A DNA stretch of 64,000 nt from IMG/VR virus record IMGVR_UViG_3300020167_000001, positions 21,021 to 85,020 of that record; one strand, given 5' to 3'. The position numbers were made by a program, and so were the translations under genes. The stretch comes from a virus. The notes under the pieces are model-generated. The model made no database searches, was not told the origin of the DNA, and saw only the letters and a list, made by a program, of their open reading frames with translations. This document shows positions 46,434 through 58,300 of this stretch, piece by piece; within the stretch, counting starts at the first letter, position 1; each line of letters opens with the position of its first letter.

Positions 46434-49223
46434 ATGGCAACTTATATTCAAGGGGTAACCGATTATGTCCCTCAAATCCAACCATTTAAACCGGATTATA
46501 ATTTTTTAGGAAATGTATTACAAACTAAGCAAGGATCTTATGATTCTAATAAGCAACAAATAAGTGACTTATATGGTTCAGTTTTGTATTCTCCCTTATC
46601 AAGAAAAGGTAACATCAAACGAAGAGATGAGTTTTTAAAAGTTATTGACCAGGATATTAAAAAGATTTCTGGAATGGATTTATCCCTACAACAAAATGTA
46701 GATGCCGCCAAGAATATATTCAAAGGATTCACCAGTGATAATCACATCATTAATGATATGGTTAAAACTAAAAAATTATATAAAGAGTTTGAAAAAGCAG
46801 ATGCTATGAAGCATTGCTTAGACCCTGATAAATGTGGAGGTTCTTATTCTGAAGATAGTGTGATGGCTTTGCAATATAGATTGGAGGAGTTTAAAAATGT
46901 ATCCAATGAAGAAGCTCTTCATTATGATATGGGAACTTTTACTCCTCATTTTAATTGGCAGGAGAAAGCTATGAAATTAGCCAAAGACCAAGATTTTAAA
47001 GTAACTCAAGATTCTGTAAACGGCCAGTGGATTGTTACTAATACTAATGGTCAATTAATTCAAGGTGGTTTATATGGTATATTCAAAAGTGTATACGGTG
47101 ATGATCCTCGCGTAACAGCTAACTATAATGATAAAGCGTATGTAGCTAGAAAGAATGCCAGTAAGATGGGAGTTGCACAACATGGTTCAGAACAAAAAGC
47201 TGAAGAGAATTATATTCAAACTATGATGCAACATGGTATTACTTCTTTAAGTAAAAATCTTAAAGATGTAAACCAAGGTTATGATAATTTAGTAAGTACA
47301 GAGCTGGCTTTAAAAAAGAAACAAGCTACTAAAGGTTTAACCAAATCCGAACAAGAAATTTTAAACTCTCTTCCTGAACAAAAAGATAATATTAAAAAAT
47401 CTCAATCAGCTATTCAATCAAGTATTGATAATGTGAAAAACAATATGCATAATGCAGATATTAATAGTCTTCGTAGAAGAGTTGATATTGCTGCAGCTAA
47501 TGCATTTGAAGATGAAGATTTACAAAACTTAGCTCATTCTTTAGCTAATGTAAATAAGTCTCAAACCATTAAAGCTAACCCTTACGCGGAGAGAGCTCAA
47601 CAAGCTGGTATTGAAAGACAAATGAAGATGTTACAACATAGTCTGGATTTAGATAAGCTAAATCATGAGTATCAGTTAAAGCTGACTTTAGAAGATTATA
47701 AAAATGGAGTTAAGACTGGGGATATTCCTACAGACCAGTATCAATATGTTGATGCAGTTCCTGGTAGTGATGTCATGCTAGATGTTGAGAATAATCCTGA
47801 ATTAGGTTTTGAAAGAAACAGAGCTCAAATGCATAAGAGTCAAGCTGAGTCAACTGCTAAAACTAATGAGTTTTTGTTTAATCTATTTACTTCAGCACGA
47901 TCTGCTGTAAGAAATAACCCAGGTGAAAATGCTGGAGCTAAACAATACTTAGAAGAAAACTTTGGACCAGATTGGGATAAGATTTCAGACAGAGAAGGTT
48001 TAACTAATTACATTAAAAATTCTAAAAAGAACAGTACTATTCTTTTTAATAATGCATTAAAAGTTTTACCTGAAAGTAAAAACCCTACAGGGGCTAATAG
48101 TTGGGCTCAAGATTTATTAAAAAAACACGCGAGTACTATTTCAGATATTAAATTAAGTAATGATGCTTATTTAGCTGATATTAAACATAACACAACAACT
48201 AACAAGAAAATTGTAGATATAGTTAAAGGTACAGCTACCAATGATAATCCTGTTGCTAAATATGCTGATTTAATTTTAACTAATGGTAATTTCATATTAG
48301 CTGATAAGGAAGCTCCAATGTCTTTTATACAAAAGTATATTTCACAAAAAGCAACTGAAGGCGAAGTTGTATCTGCAGGAGATGCTGAAGATGCTTATGA
48401 TGAATTAAAAAGTCAATTTTATAGAACCTATAATCAAACTAAAGGTGTAAGCTTAGAACAAGGTGCTGGCCTAAATGGTACAGGTATGGTGAGCTCAAGA
48501 AGTTTATATGCTACCGTTGATGCCAAGAATAAAGCAGGTATTATGGGAGATGTAGTTGGTACTTTAAGTTCAGTATTAGCTCAACCTGGAACATTCACAG
48601 GAGTTGTTGGTAATTCAAGTATAGAGTCTTTACAATCAGGAAACAATGATAAGATTAATTCTTTCCTTACCGGATTAGTAAATGATGTTAAGAAAGCTGG
48701 ACCTAAAGATAAAGACCGTCCAATGTTTAATGTTTTGGTTTCTCCTATTGCTGCAGGAAGTGAAAACACTTCAGCTATAACTATATCTGGAATTGATCCG
48801 GAGTATGCTAAAAAATATGTAGGAACAAAAGATAATCCTGGTGTATTATTCGGACAGGATTTGTCAAAAGGTATTACATTATTCTATGACAATAAATCTG
48901 TTTCAACTCCCTTTGCACAAGAAGCTTCAATGAGTAATCTTGAGAAAATTTTAAAAGTAAAAGGTTCTTATACTATTGATGAATATCCTAATGCAGGTAA
49001 GGTTGATTTTCAATATGATGACATGAGTCATAATATAACAGCTACCTGGGAACAAAGAGAATTTGTGCCAGTTAAAAATAGCTATGTTACTAAAAGTCGA
49101 GTTTACAATATTGATCAAAGCAATTTAAAAAGTTTTCAAGAAAATGTAGTAGATAATCTAAACGCTTTATCTGAACATAATACAGCATTAGAAAATCAAG
49201 TAGCAGAATCAAATAAACAATAA
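46434..49223 (+). CDS. Cargo/ejection protein
   Basis: 929 aa in the cargo module preceding the RNA polymerase. Confidence 0.65.
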   Translation: MATYIQGVTDYVPQIQPFKPDYNFLGNVLQTKQGSYDSNKQQISDLYGSVLYSPLSRKGNIKRRDEFLKVIDQDIKKISGMDLSLQQNVDAAKNIFKGFTSDNHIINDMVKTKKLYKEFEKADAMKHCLDPDKCGGSYSEDSVMALQYRLEEFKNVSNEEALHYDMGTFTPHFNWQEKAMKLAKDQDFKVTQDSVNGQWIVTNTNGQLIQGGLYGIFKSVYGDDPRVTANYNDKAYVARKNASKMGVAQHGSEQKAEENYIQTMMQHGITSLSKNLKDVNQGYDNLVSTELALKKKQATKGLTKSEQEILNSLPEQKDNIKKSQSAIQSSIDNVKNNMHNADINSLRRRVDIAAANAFEDEDLQNLAHSLANVNKSQTIKANPYAERAQQAGIERQMKMLQHSLDLDKLNHEYQLKLTLEDYKNGVKTGDIPTDQYQYVDAVPGSDVMLDVENNPELGFERNRAQMHKSQAESTAKTNEFLFNLFTSARSAVRNNPGENAGAKQYLEENFGPDWDKISDREGLTNYIKNSKKNSTILFNNALKVLPESKNPTGANSWAQDLLKKHASTISDIKLSNDAYLADIKHNTTTNKKIVDIVKGTATNDNPVAKYADLILTNGNFILADKEAPMSFIQKYISQKATEGEVVSAGDAEDAYDELKSQFYRTYNQTKGVSLEQGAGLNGTGMVSSRSLYATVDAKNKAGIMGDVVGTLSSVLAQPGTFTGVVGNSSIESLQSGNNDKINSFLTGLVNDVKKAGPKDKDRPMFNVLVSPIAAGSENTSAITISGIDPEYAKKYVGTKDNPGVLFGQDLSKGITLFYDNKSVSTPFAQEASMSNLEKILKVKGSYTIDEYPNAGKVDFQYDDMSHNITATWEQREFVPVKNSYVTKSRVYNIDQSNLKSFQENVVDNLNALSEHNTALENQVAESNKQ

Positions 49224-49227
49224 ACGT

Positions 49228-52200
49228 ATGGCTGAGGAAATAGTAGCATCTGAACAAAACACTGAGTTGGATAATACAGCTCCTGAAATTATCAATCAAC
49301 CTAGTTTAGCTGATCATTTAGATAATTCTTTAACATTAGCAGCAAAGCCTAAAGCTATTGATGTTTATAAAAATGTTGTAGGTAACCCTGTTGCAGGTTC
49401 TAATCCTGGAAGATATCGCGGAAATTTTGCTGATAGTTTAGGTAATGATCTTGAAAAGAAATTACAAGCTCCTACTACAAATTATCAACAGATGAGACCA
49501 TTTACTTATAATGGTGATTTTGACAATGCTAATTTTGAAAGATACTATTCTACAAGTAAATACAAGGACATAGGTTTTTCTCCATATCGCGACAATGAAA
49601 GTCTTTATAACAATAAGATGACCTTCGGTGACCAGTTTGTAAGAGCTGCTTCTCAGTGGGACAACTTAGCTGTTACAGGTTTCAAATCAGGTATTCGTGC
49701 TTGGGGTGATTTATTCACAGACCCTTTAGCTCCAGATATTGAAAGTGCACGAGAAATGCAAAAAGCTATGGCCATTGGTAATTCTAATGCAGGAGGCTTT
49801 GGAGGATTTGTTACAAATACATTTTTAAACTCAGCTTATACTATTGGTATTGCTGCAGACTTTTTAGCTGAAGAAGCCGCACTTGCTGCTATTACAGCTT
49901 TTACTGGAGGTTTATCTGGAGAAGCAACCTTACCAGGTATGGCGGCTAAAGCCGGCATGGCTACTAGAAAGCTTATGGGTTTTAGTGAAGTTGCTGCTAA
50001 AGCTGGTAAAGGTGCAACTGAGGCAGCTAAGGCTGCTAAGTTAGCTAATGAAGCTGAGAGCTTAAGTTCAGGTATCCGTTCTGTAGAAGGTGTAAATGAT
50101 CTTAGAAGTTTTTGGAATAAAGTTAAAGCCGGTGGTGTTGGCGGAGCTCTTAATAAAACTCTTGATATTTTAAATCCTCTTGAAAATACAACTCAAGCTC
50201 TTAAGACTGTAGACTATGCTACAGATTATGCAAAAGGTATTGCCACATTCGGAGCTTTTGCTGATGATATCATTCATATTAAAACTGCAGTATCTGAAGC
50301 CAAACTCGAAGGAGGTATGGTGAAGATTGATGCTACAAAAGATATGATTGAAGAATATAGGAATTCCCACTTTGGTGAAGATCCTACAGGTGAAGAATTA
50401 CAAAAGATTGAAAACCTGGCTAACCAAGCTTCTTTCAAAACTGCATTCTGGAACTTGCCAGCTATCATGACCAGTAATAAATTATTGTATGCTACCATGT
50501 TGGCACCAATGAAAAGATTAATGGGTAGAGCTACAGGTGCCGCGATGATGGGAGATATTGTAGCTGATAAAGCATTGAAAGCTGGAGCTGGTGAAGTTGC
50601 TAGTTTCTCAGCTGTAGGTGAAGGTATTGGTGCCAAGGCTCGAGTGTTTGCCAAGTCAATGGCTAATCCTAAATTATATGGGAATGTAGGGATGAACTAC
50701 CTTAAAGCAAACTTTGCTGAAGGTGCACAAGAAAATATTCAAGAAGCAATTTCTCAAGGAGCTATCCGTGAAGCTATGGATTTATACGGTGACCCAAGAA
50801 TGGCAGCTTACCAAGGTTACATGGGTTACTTCATGGATGGTATGAAAAACCAGTTTTCTGCTCAAGGTGCTGAAACTTTTGCAGGAGGTTTTGCTATGGG
50901 TATGTTTGCTCAACCGATCATGGCTGCCCCAGCTTGGTCCATATCAAAATTATCAGAACTTGCTAAAGACAAATCTAAGATAGCGGCAGCTAAGGCTGAA
51001 AGAGATGCTCAGATTAAAAAACAAGTTACAACACTTAATGAATTAGCAAGTAGCCCCTTAAAATACTTTGCTCCTGATTTAGCTAATGCTGTTAAAAATG
51101 GTAAGTTAAATGATACTTTATATGAAGCTGTCACCGAAGGTAATCAACAAAAAGCTGTTGATGCTAGAGATGCTCTTGAGTTTAATCACATTGCTACCGC
51201 TTTAGAAACTGGTAAGTATGATTTATTCATTAAGCAATTAAAAGATTATAAAAACTTATCTCCTGAAGAAGCTGCCGAAGCTTTTAAGAAATATGGCATT
51301 GATGTAAAAGATGCAGGAAAAGCTATGGCTCAAATTGATGCTATCATTGAGAGAGCTGAAAGTATCCGTGATTCTTTTAATGATCAGTCTACAGAATTCC
51401 CTAATCCTTACAATCCTACCAGATATGAACCTGGTAGTAAAATGAGAGAGGCTGTTGAATTATCATATCTTGCTTGGCAAAAAGCTACAAGAACATTGGT
51501 ATTTGCTAATACTAGTTTTAAACAGTATGCTCGTAGAATTGACAGTATGGCTCAAGCTTTTTCTACAATGTCTGCTAACATTGCTAAAGGAGATGCTCAA
51601 GCTATTATGACCTTATTAACTTTACCAGGCATTGAAACTGAAATTGCAGCTTTAAGAAAAGAAGTAGCTATTTTAAAAGATGTTGAAGGAGCTGGCAAGG
51701 AGAGACGCGATAAACAAAAAAGATTAGAGCTGCTTGAGCAATTCCATGTTGAAATGGATAATGCTCAAAAAACAGAGGATGAAAAAGAAGGAGCTAAAGC
51801 ACATAAAAAAGCTAAGAGTACTTTCAAAAAATATGTAAAGCATTTAAGTGAAAAAAATAATGTCATCACTTTTGATACGGAGATTGATGGAGCTTATACT
51901 GTATTAAAAGACAGTTTAGATTTACATGATGCCCGTCAAGGTTTTGCTCAAAGTATTAATGTATTAAGTCATCCTAAAGGTTTCTTGAATTTACAATACC
52001 GTTTGGCTGAATCTTTAAAAGAAACTTATGCAAAAAAGCAAGAGCAAATCTTAGAAAATCAAATGAACCATTTAAAGATGATTGATTTTAATCATGCTTT
52101 ACAAGAAGTTGGTAAATTAGGATTGGCTGTACCGGCTGAATATACTAGTGATTACAAAGATGCTTTGGCTAACAACAAAACTATTTTAGAGCCGACTTAT

Positions 52201-55200
52201 TTTGAAGATATCAAGACTGGTGAAAAAGTTACGTCTGGTGAAAAATTTGATAAAGCTTTAGAGCTTTGGAAAACACATTTAGAATTAATCAGCACTGTTA
52301 AAGAAATGCAGGCTGAAGCTGAAGCTGCTAATAAGAAAAAACTTGTTGACTTTAAAGCTGATGATTTCGAAACTTATCCTGAAGACTTAGTAGCTTTATT
52401 AGAGGCAACTTTACAAGAGGAAATAAAAGCTGGTAATGTTAGCCCCGAGATGATGGTTAAAGAATTTGCCATGACTCAGCTTACAGCTAAAAAAGTAATC
52501 AATGAGTATAAGGAGAGAATAAAAAATTTGCTTCCTATTGAACAGAACACAGTAAAGAAAACAGCTGCTCAACAAGATACTTTAGAAAAGCTAAAGAGTA
52601 TCAGCAAGAAAGTACAAGAGCCTACTAAAGAAAATCCTCATTATGTTATTGATGGAGTTACTTATGATTTACGTGTAACTACATTAGTTGATGAAATCTT
52701 ATTTAATACTTTAGGTAAGAAGAAGTTTGCTTTAGAGAACATTCCTAATGGTGGACCCGAGTTAGTAAAACTAATTGAAGATACCGTTAATAATCCAGCT
52801 TTAGTTGATGTTAATCCTAAGCAATATGCCAAGAACATTATCAAAGCTTTAAAAGAAAAGCAATTTGAGAGTCCTGTATTCTTTAAACAATTCTTTGAAG
52901 CAGAGAACAAACCTATTAACAGTAAGTTTGATAATCTGTTAATATTATTAGAAGCCGGCATATCTGTTGAAAAGGTAAAAGAGGCTGTAGGAAAAGTCCT
53001 TTATGAAGAGTCAACTATCCGCGGTAATACAATTGATAACTTAGGCCGAGATTTCTTTGAAGGAAAAACTATCACTAAACCTGCAGGTATGAGTGATGCC
53101 GCCTTCAAAACTATTGAAGATGCTTTCACTAAACTTAAGTCTGAGATAGATGGTCGAGGAGAAGTAATCATTAGTAGAGATTTAACTTTGTTTGGAGCTG
53201 TTACTTCTGGTCAATCTGTGGCTGGAACAATGGACTTACTTGTTATTACTCCTGAAGGTAACTTCAAGATTTATGATATGAAGACAGCTTCTCAATGGAG
53301 CCGCTTTGGAGAACAGGGAGATAATCAAGATGGCTACTTTAAGAAAGAAGGATATGCTTTACAATTGGCTATTTACAAGAACTTATTAGAAAACTTAACA
53401 GGTGTTCCTGTTGAGAGTCTTGAGTTATTAGGTTTCCAAACAACCAATGATTTAAAAGGTAATATCAGTGAAATCAAGGTTGTTGATGATAAAGCTAAGA
53501 CTACGATTAACTATAATACTTACAAAGTTACTCCAGAGAAAACTTTAAAAGAAGTGGTATCTGAATATGTACCATCTAATTTAGAGAAAGGTATTGATCT
53601 TGGTGCTGAGGTTAATCCCGAGGCTAAGGCTCAATTAAATGCTATGGGTTACAGTAATACTCAGATTAAAGAATTATCTCGCGAAGAAAGAGCTAAAATC
53701 CTTACTGGAGGTATTGCTCCAGAAGATTATTATAAGACTGAAACTCCTACACCGGCACAAGTGGAAACACCTGATGTTAAAGAAACTGTACCAGGAACAT
53801 TCAGTCTTCTTGACGGTCAACGTGTAACTAAGAATGGTGTAGAAGGTACTATCAAAGTGGAAGGTTATGGTACTATTATTTTTGAAACCAATAATGTTGA
53901 ATATGTTATTGAGAATGCCAAGAGTGATAGTAATCCTGCTGAATTTAATTTTAAAGGTATAACTATAGAAGAACCGTTGGCCGTGCCTGCTGCAAAAACT
54001 TTAGATACCAAGTATAAAATATCTGATATTTCTGAAAGATCTGTTACAGTAAATGATGTTGAATACATTATTAACACTAATTCTATTGGTACCATTACTT
54101 CCGTATCACCTGTTAATAAACCTAAGCAAAAACTTAAAAATGAGAAGTTATTAATAGCTATCGAGATTGAGAGAAATAAATTAGTTTATGATAATGTTAC
54201 ACCAGAAATAGCTAAAGAAGTTGTTAACCAAGCTAAGACTGAAAACCGTACTACCAGTGTATTAGAGGGAATTTATGTTGAAAACTTTACAGACACTGTT
54301 GCTTCAGGTATTGATAAATTATACAACAAAGAACCGTTAACTGAAGCTGAGAAATTACAAGTTGAGTTATGGGTGTTTGACACTTTAGATAAAGTGGATG
54401 ATTTATTGAGAAATGATGAGTACAAAAATAATGAAGAAGTAAAAAATAGTTTTTATAATTTAAGAATAATTAATCATTTACTACATGAACAAGACAAAAA
54501 AACCCAGCCTGAAACAAGAAGTGTTGAACAAGCTCCTGTATCTAAACCTATCAAAAAGTCAAAAAGAACCATTAAACAAAAAGCTCCCTCAAAAATAGAG
54601 GTTGCCGAAGCCAAAGAAGAAGCTCCTGTTGAAGAGGTTTCTCCTATTGATTTGTTTAATGCAATGTCTATTGAAGAAAAGTGGCTTAGTTTAATAATCA
54701 GCATGAAGCCCGAAGATGTTCTTGATGTTGATAATTTATATTCTGCAGGAGTAATGCAGGTTAAAATTACTACACCTGGACCTCATCAAGGTAAGATATT
54801 GGATGTTACTAATCAATTAGCTAATGCTCCAAGAAAAGTTAATCTTGAAGACCCGTCTTCCGTAATCATGTTACAAAAAATCACTAAAGATTTCAAAGGA
54901 GATGGTAAAATGAGATTAGCCATTGAGGTTAATAATTATCTGGGAGATGTTTTTGGATATGTGAGAGAGAATACACCGGGAGCAATTAAAGAATCTCCTG
55001 TAGAAACTCCTGTTGAAAAGACAGCTACAGCTGAAGCGATATCAAAAGATATTAACATTGATACGTTAAGAGTGGCTAAACAAAAAAATTATGAAGTGAT
55101 GTATGAATCTTTAGATAATCCTGAGAAAAACGGCAGGTATTTAATTACAAAAATCACAAAAAATTCAGTAACTTTAGCCAACTTAAATGATAAAATTACG

Positions 55201-55383
55201 GTAAAGACAAAGGATCTAGCAACTAATATCAAATCAGTTTTAGATAATGTGGAGCCAGTAACTTCAGTTGAGGATAAAAAAGTCATAAAAGAAAATACCA
55301 AGGTTAAAGAAGAACCGAAGTTTACTTTTACAAGACTTAATAAAGATGAGAGATTTAAAAACACTAATGATAAAACTTGTTAA
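49228..55383 (+). CDS. Giant cargo protein with Ala/Gly-rich N-terminal region and embedded PD-(D/E)xK nuclease domain
   Basis: AEGAQENIQE motif; LRVTT..RGNTID..VAGTMDLL..IYDMKT..YALQLAIY. Confidence 0.75.
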   Translation: MAEEIVASEQNTELDNTAPEIINQPSLADHLDNSLTLAAKPKAIDVYKNVVGNPVAGSNPGRYRGNFADSLGNDLEKKLQAPTTNYQQMRPFTYNGDFDNANFERYYSTSKYKDIGFSPYRDNESLYNNKMTFGDQFVRAASQWDNLAVTGFKSGIRAWGDLFTDPLAPDIESAREMQKAMAIGNSNAGGFGGFVTNTFLNSAYTIGIAADFLAEEAALAAITAFTGGLSGEATLPGMAAKAGMATRKLMGFSEVAAKAGKGATEAAKAAKLANEAESLSSGIRSVEGVNDLRSFWNKVKAGGVGGALNKTLDILNPLENTTQALKTVDYATDYAKGIATFGAFADDIIHIKTAVSEAKLEGGMVKIDATKDMIEEYRNSHFGEDPTGEELQKIENLANQASFKTAFWNLPAIMTSNKLLYATMLAPMKRLMGRATGAAMMGDIVADKALKAGAGEVASFSAVGEGIGAKARVFAKSMANPKLYGNVGMNYLKANFAEGAQENIQEAISQGAIREAMDLYGDPRMAAYQGYMGYFMDGMKNQFSAQGAETFAGGFAMGMFAQPIMAAPAWSISKLSELAKDKSKIAAAKAERDAQIKKQVTTLNELASSPLKYFAPDLANAVKNGKLNDTLYEAVTEGNQQKAVDARDALEFNHIATALETGKYDLFIKQLKDYKNLSPEEAAEAFKKYGIDVKDAGKAMAQIDAIIERAESIRDSFNDQSTEFPNPYNPTRYEPGSKMREAVELSYLAWQKATRTLVFANTSFKQYARRIDSMAQAFSTMSANIAKGDAQAIMTLLTLPGIETEIAALRKEVAILKDVEGAGKERRDKQKRLELLEQFHVEMDNAQKTEDEKEGAKAHKKAKSTFKKYVKHLSEKNNVITFDTEIDGAYTVLKDSLDLHDARQGFAQSINVLSHPKGFLNLQYRLAESLKETYAKKQEQILENQMNHLKMIDFNHALQEVGKLGLAVPAEYTSDYKDALANNKTILEPTYFEDIKTGEKVTSGEKFDKALELWKTHLELISTVKEMQAEAEAANKKKLVDFKADDFETYPEDLVALLEATLQEEIKAGNVSPEMMVKEFAMTQLTAKKVINEYKERIKNLLPIEQNTVKKTAAQQDTLEKLKSISKKVQEPTKENPHYVIDGVTYDLRVTTLVDEILFNTLGKKKFALENIPNGGPELVKLIEDTVNNPALVDVNPKQYAKNIIKALKEKQFESPVFFKQFFEAENKPINSKFDNLLILLEAGISVEKVKEAVGKVLYEESTIRGNTIDNLGRDFFEGKTITKPAGMSDAAFKTIEDAFTKLKSEIDGRGEVIISRDLTLFGAVTSGQSVAGTMDLLVITPEGNFKIYDMKTASQWSRFGEQGDNQDGYFKKEGYALQLAIYKNLLENLTGVPVESLELLGFQTTNDLKGNISEIKVVDDKAKTTINYNTYKVTPEKTLKEVVSEYVPSNLEKGIDLGAEVNPEAKAQLNAMGYSNTQIKELSREERAKILTGGIAPEDYYKTETPTPAQVETPDVKETVPGTFSLLDGQRVTKNGVEGTIKVEGYGTIIFETNNVEYVIENAKSDSNPAEFNFKGITIEEPLAVPAAKTLDTKYKISDISERSVTVNDVEYIINTNSIGTITSVSPVNKPKQKLKNEKLLIAIEIERNKLVYDNVTPEIAKEVVNQAKTENRTTSVLEGIYVENFTDTVASGIDKLYNKEPLTEAEKLQVELWVFDTLDKVDDLLRNDEYKNNEEVKNSFYNLRIINHLLHEQDKKTQPETRSVEQAPVSKPIKKSKRTIKQKAPSKIEVAEAKEEAPVEEVSPIDLFNAMSIEEKWLSLIISMKPEDVLDVDNLYSAGVMQVKITTPGPHQGKILDVTNQLANAPRKVNLEDPSSVIMLQKITKDFKGDGKMRLAIEVNNYLGDVFGYVRENTPGAIKESPVETPVEKTATAEAISKDINIDTLRVAKQKNYEVMYESLDNPEKNGRYLITKITKNSVTLANLNDKITVKTKDLATNIKSVLDNVEPVTSVEDKKVIKENTKVKEEPKFTFTRLNKDERFKNTNDKTC

Positions 55384-55386
55384 GCT

Positions 55387-58300
55387 ATGTCTATTTGTAA
55401 TTTAGAACAAAATTTAGAGTTAAAAAATGCTTTAGCCAATGTAATTTATAATGAAATTTTAGATGCTGTTGATGCAAAGAAGCCTTATAAATTATCCGAT
55501 ACCATTAAGGAATTATACAAGAATAACTATAATGAGTTCAAAGATGAAACTAAAGCATTAGGTTTAGTTGCTGCATTACCTTCTTTACTTTTTCAAGTGA
55601 TTGAAGCTGAACCTTCTTTGTTTACTAAATTGGCCAGCACGGGCTTTAACTTGGATGAGACTGTTAAATTCAAAAATGAAATTGAATCTGCTGAAGATCC
55701 TTTAGCAATAGTAAAAAGTATTGTAAGCACTGAACAGGTTAGTGTAAAAGTTCTTATCGATACACAATTAAATCCTGAAACTAAAACTACAGACTTACAA
55801 ACTTTTCCAGAAGTTGAAGTTATTGAGGTAACTGGTAAGTTTTTAAAATCAAACTCATACTTTGCTACCACCGGTCAACAACTTGATGAAGCTAATAAAC
55901 TTCCGTTCATTACAAAAACAAATGTTAACAAAAACTTTTACTATGATATTTTAAAAAAATTAGCTCTTAAACAAGGAGATGCTTTAACTTTTGAGAATGT
56001 AGAATACTCGGGTCACACAGGATTCAAATTAAAAGCATTGTATGAAGGTAACCTTCCTAATGCAGAGACCAATCTTTATCCAGGTACAAAATTAGATTCT
56101 AAATCAAGAATTGCTGCAATTACCGATAACAATGGTAACTTCTTATACTTTAATGAAGCTTTTGAGGTAACCACAGAAGATAAAGGTAAGATTGCCTATT
56201 TCTATTTAAAAAATGCTTCTGAAGACAGTAATGCTAAATTGGAAGCACAGTTATTTAATCAGCTGGATATTATCTTGAAAGATACTTACAATAATGATTC
56301 TATTAGATATGAGATAGAAAAAGCAAAAGCTAAAGATTATTTAAAGAAACAAATCACTCAGGAACATAATATGATGATGAGTATCAATGGTAAATTGATG
56401 AATGGTCAAACTGTTATGTTAGATATTATAAATGTTAATACAGGCTATGTGGAGAACACAGATGTTCTTTATAAAAACATTAAGAACCCTGAACAATTAA
56501 AAGAAGCTAAGAAAGTTTTAGATCAACCTTTGGTTAATTATGCTCTTTCTAAAGCTGAGATTGGTAGTATTACCGTAGCCTCAGCTCAGATGATGATTAA
56601 AGGTGAGTTAAAAAATAAAACAATTTCTGCTATTAAATTTGAAGGTATCCCTGAATTTATATCATTAAAGTCAGGTTTATTATCTAAAGTTGAACCTGAG
56701 ATTTACAATAACATCATTAGAACTTTTACTGAGTATTTAAAAAAATCTAACGGTAAATACTTAAATGCTCAAGAAATTTATGATTATGCAAAACAGTTTG
56801 TTAGATTAGAGAAAGAAGACATTGGTAATGAAAAAACTAATCTTACTGTAAGTGCCACTAACAACAAATTAATTGTAACCTTAAATGGTAAACAACTTAA
56901 TTTAAAAAATCAAGAAGACATTGAAAAGTTTAAAGATTATGTTTCTAAAAATGTTTTCTTCACCTATATAAAAAGTAATATAAACAATACTTATAAATCA
57001 ATGAGTATTGTTGATGGAGTAGTTACACAGAAAGATGAACTATACAGTGACTTAGTATTAAAGAATATGATACCGCGTGTAGGATTTGACTCAACTACTC
57101 AAAGACCTTTATCTCCTAACGGTTACTTCACTTTTAAATTAGCTGATGAAGTTACTGAAGTTCAAGATAAAGCTAAGGAAGTTGTCAATGTTGTAAAACC
57201 TGTTGACTTAAATTTTGATTTAGATGTGTATGAGAGATCAAAGTTATTACAAGCAATGGGTACGCCAGAGCAAAATGCTAAAGCTGAAGCTTGGTTAAAA
57301 TCAAGTGCACTGTTCAAAGCTAAGGATGCCAACGGTAAACCTTTGTTTAATATTCATGATTTAAGAAATGTAGTAAACTCAGATGCTTGGGCTACATTCA
57401 AAAAAGCTACAATCACATTATATGCTGGTTCAGATTTCACTACAGGATATCACGAGTCTTGGCATGCATTCAGTCAAGTGTATTTATCAAAAGCTGATAG
57501 AGATGGATTGTATGATGCTGTAGGTAAATTGCCAGGTACTTTTAAAGTTATCCGTAAGAATAACTTAGGTGGTGTTACCAACTTGTCTTTCGAGACTGTT
57601 AAGTTCAGTGAGGCTACTAGAAAAGAAAAAGAAGAATTTATTGCTGAGGAGTTCAGAACATTTGCTGTTAACAATGGTAAGTTCAAAACAGAGAATGCTA
57701 AAACTAATATTTTCCAAAGAATCTTTGATAGAATTTGGAAAGCATTGCAAACTTTATTTAAAGGTACGTCTACAGAAAATGTATTTTCTAACCCAGGTTC
57801 TGAAGGTATTCTATCTGAAATATTCAACACATTGTATACAGCTAAAACAGAAGCTGATTTAAGTGGTTATAAACCTGATATTAATAATGGAGAGTTTACC
57901 ATACTAAATTCGGGTCCCGTTAAAGAAGATGGTTCACCAATCTTCCAACCTACAGAATTAGCTTTGCTTACTCGTAGTATGGATGGTATCATATCTAAGC
58001 TTACTACAAGTTTACTTACAGCTAATGTACCAAAATACAATGCTGTAGCTACTCTATTAACTACCAACAAAGGTTTAACCAATCTTTATGGTACAACAAT
58101 TTTAACTGCCTTCACAAACAGATTGGAGACTTTAAAAGCTGAGTATGAGCAAGAACAAAAAAGCTGGGATGAGATAACAAAAACTTACAAAGCTGGCAAT
58201 ATTGATTTATTAGAAAGAGCTATTAAAAACTTTGGAGATATCAATGAAATTTTAAATACTAAATTATCAAAAGATAATTTGATTTCTTATCATATTGAGA

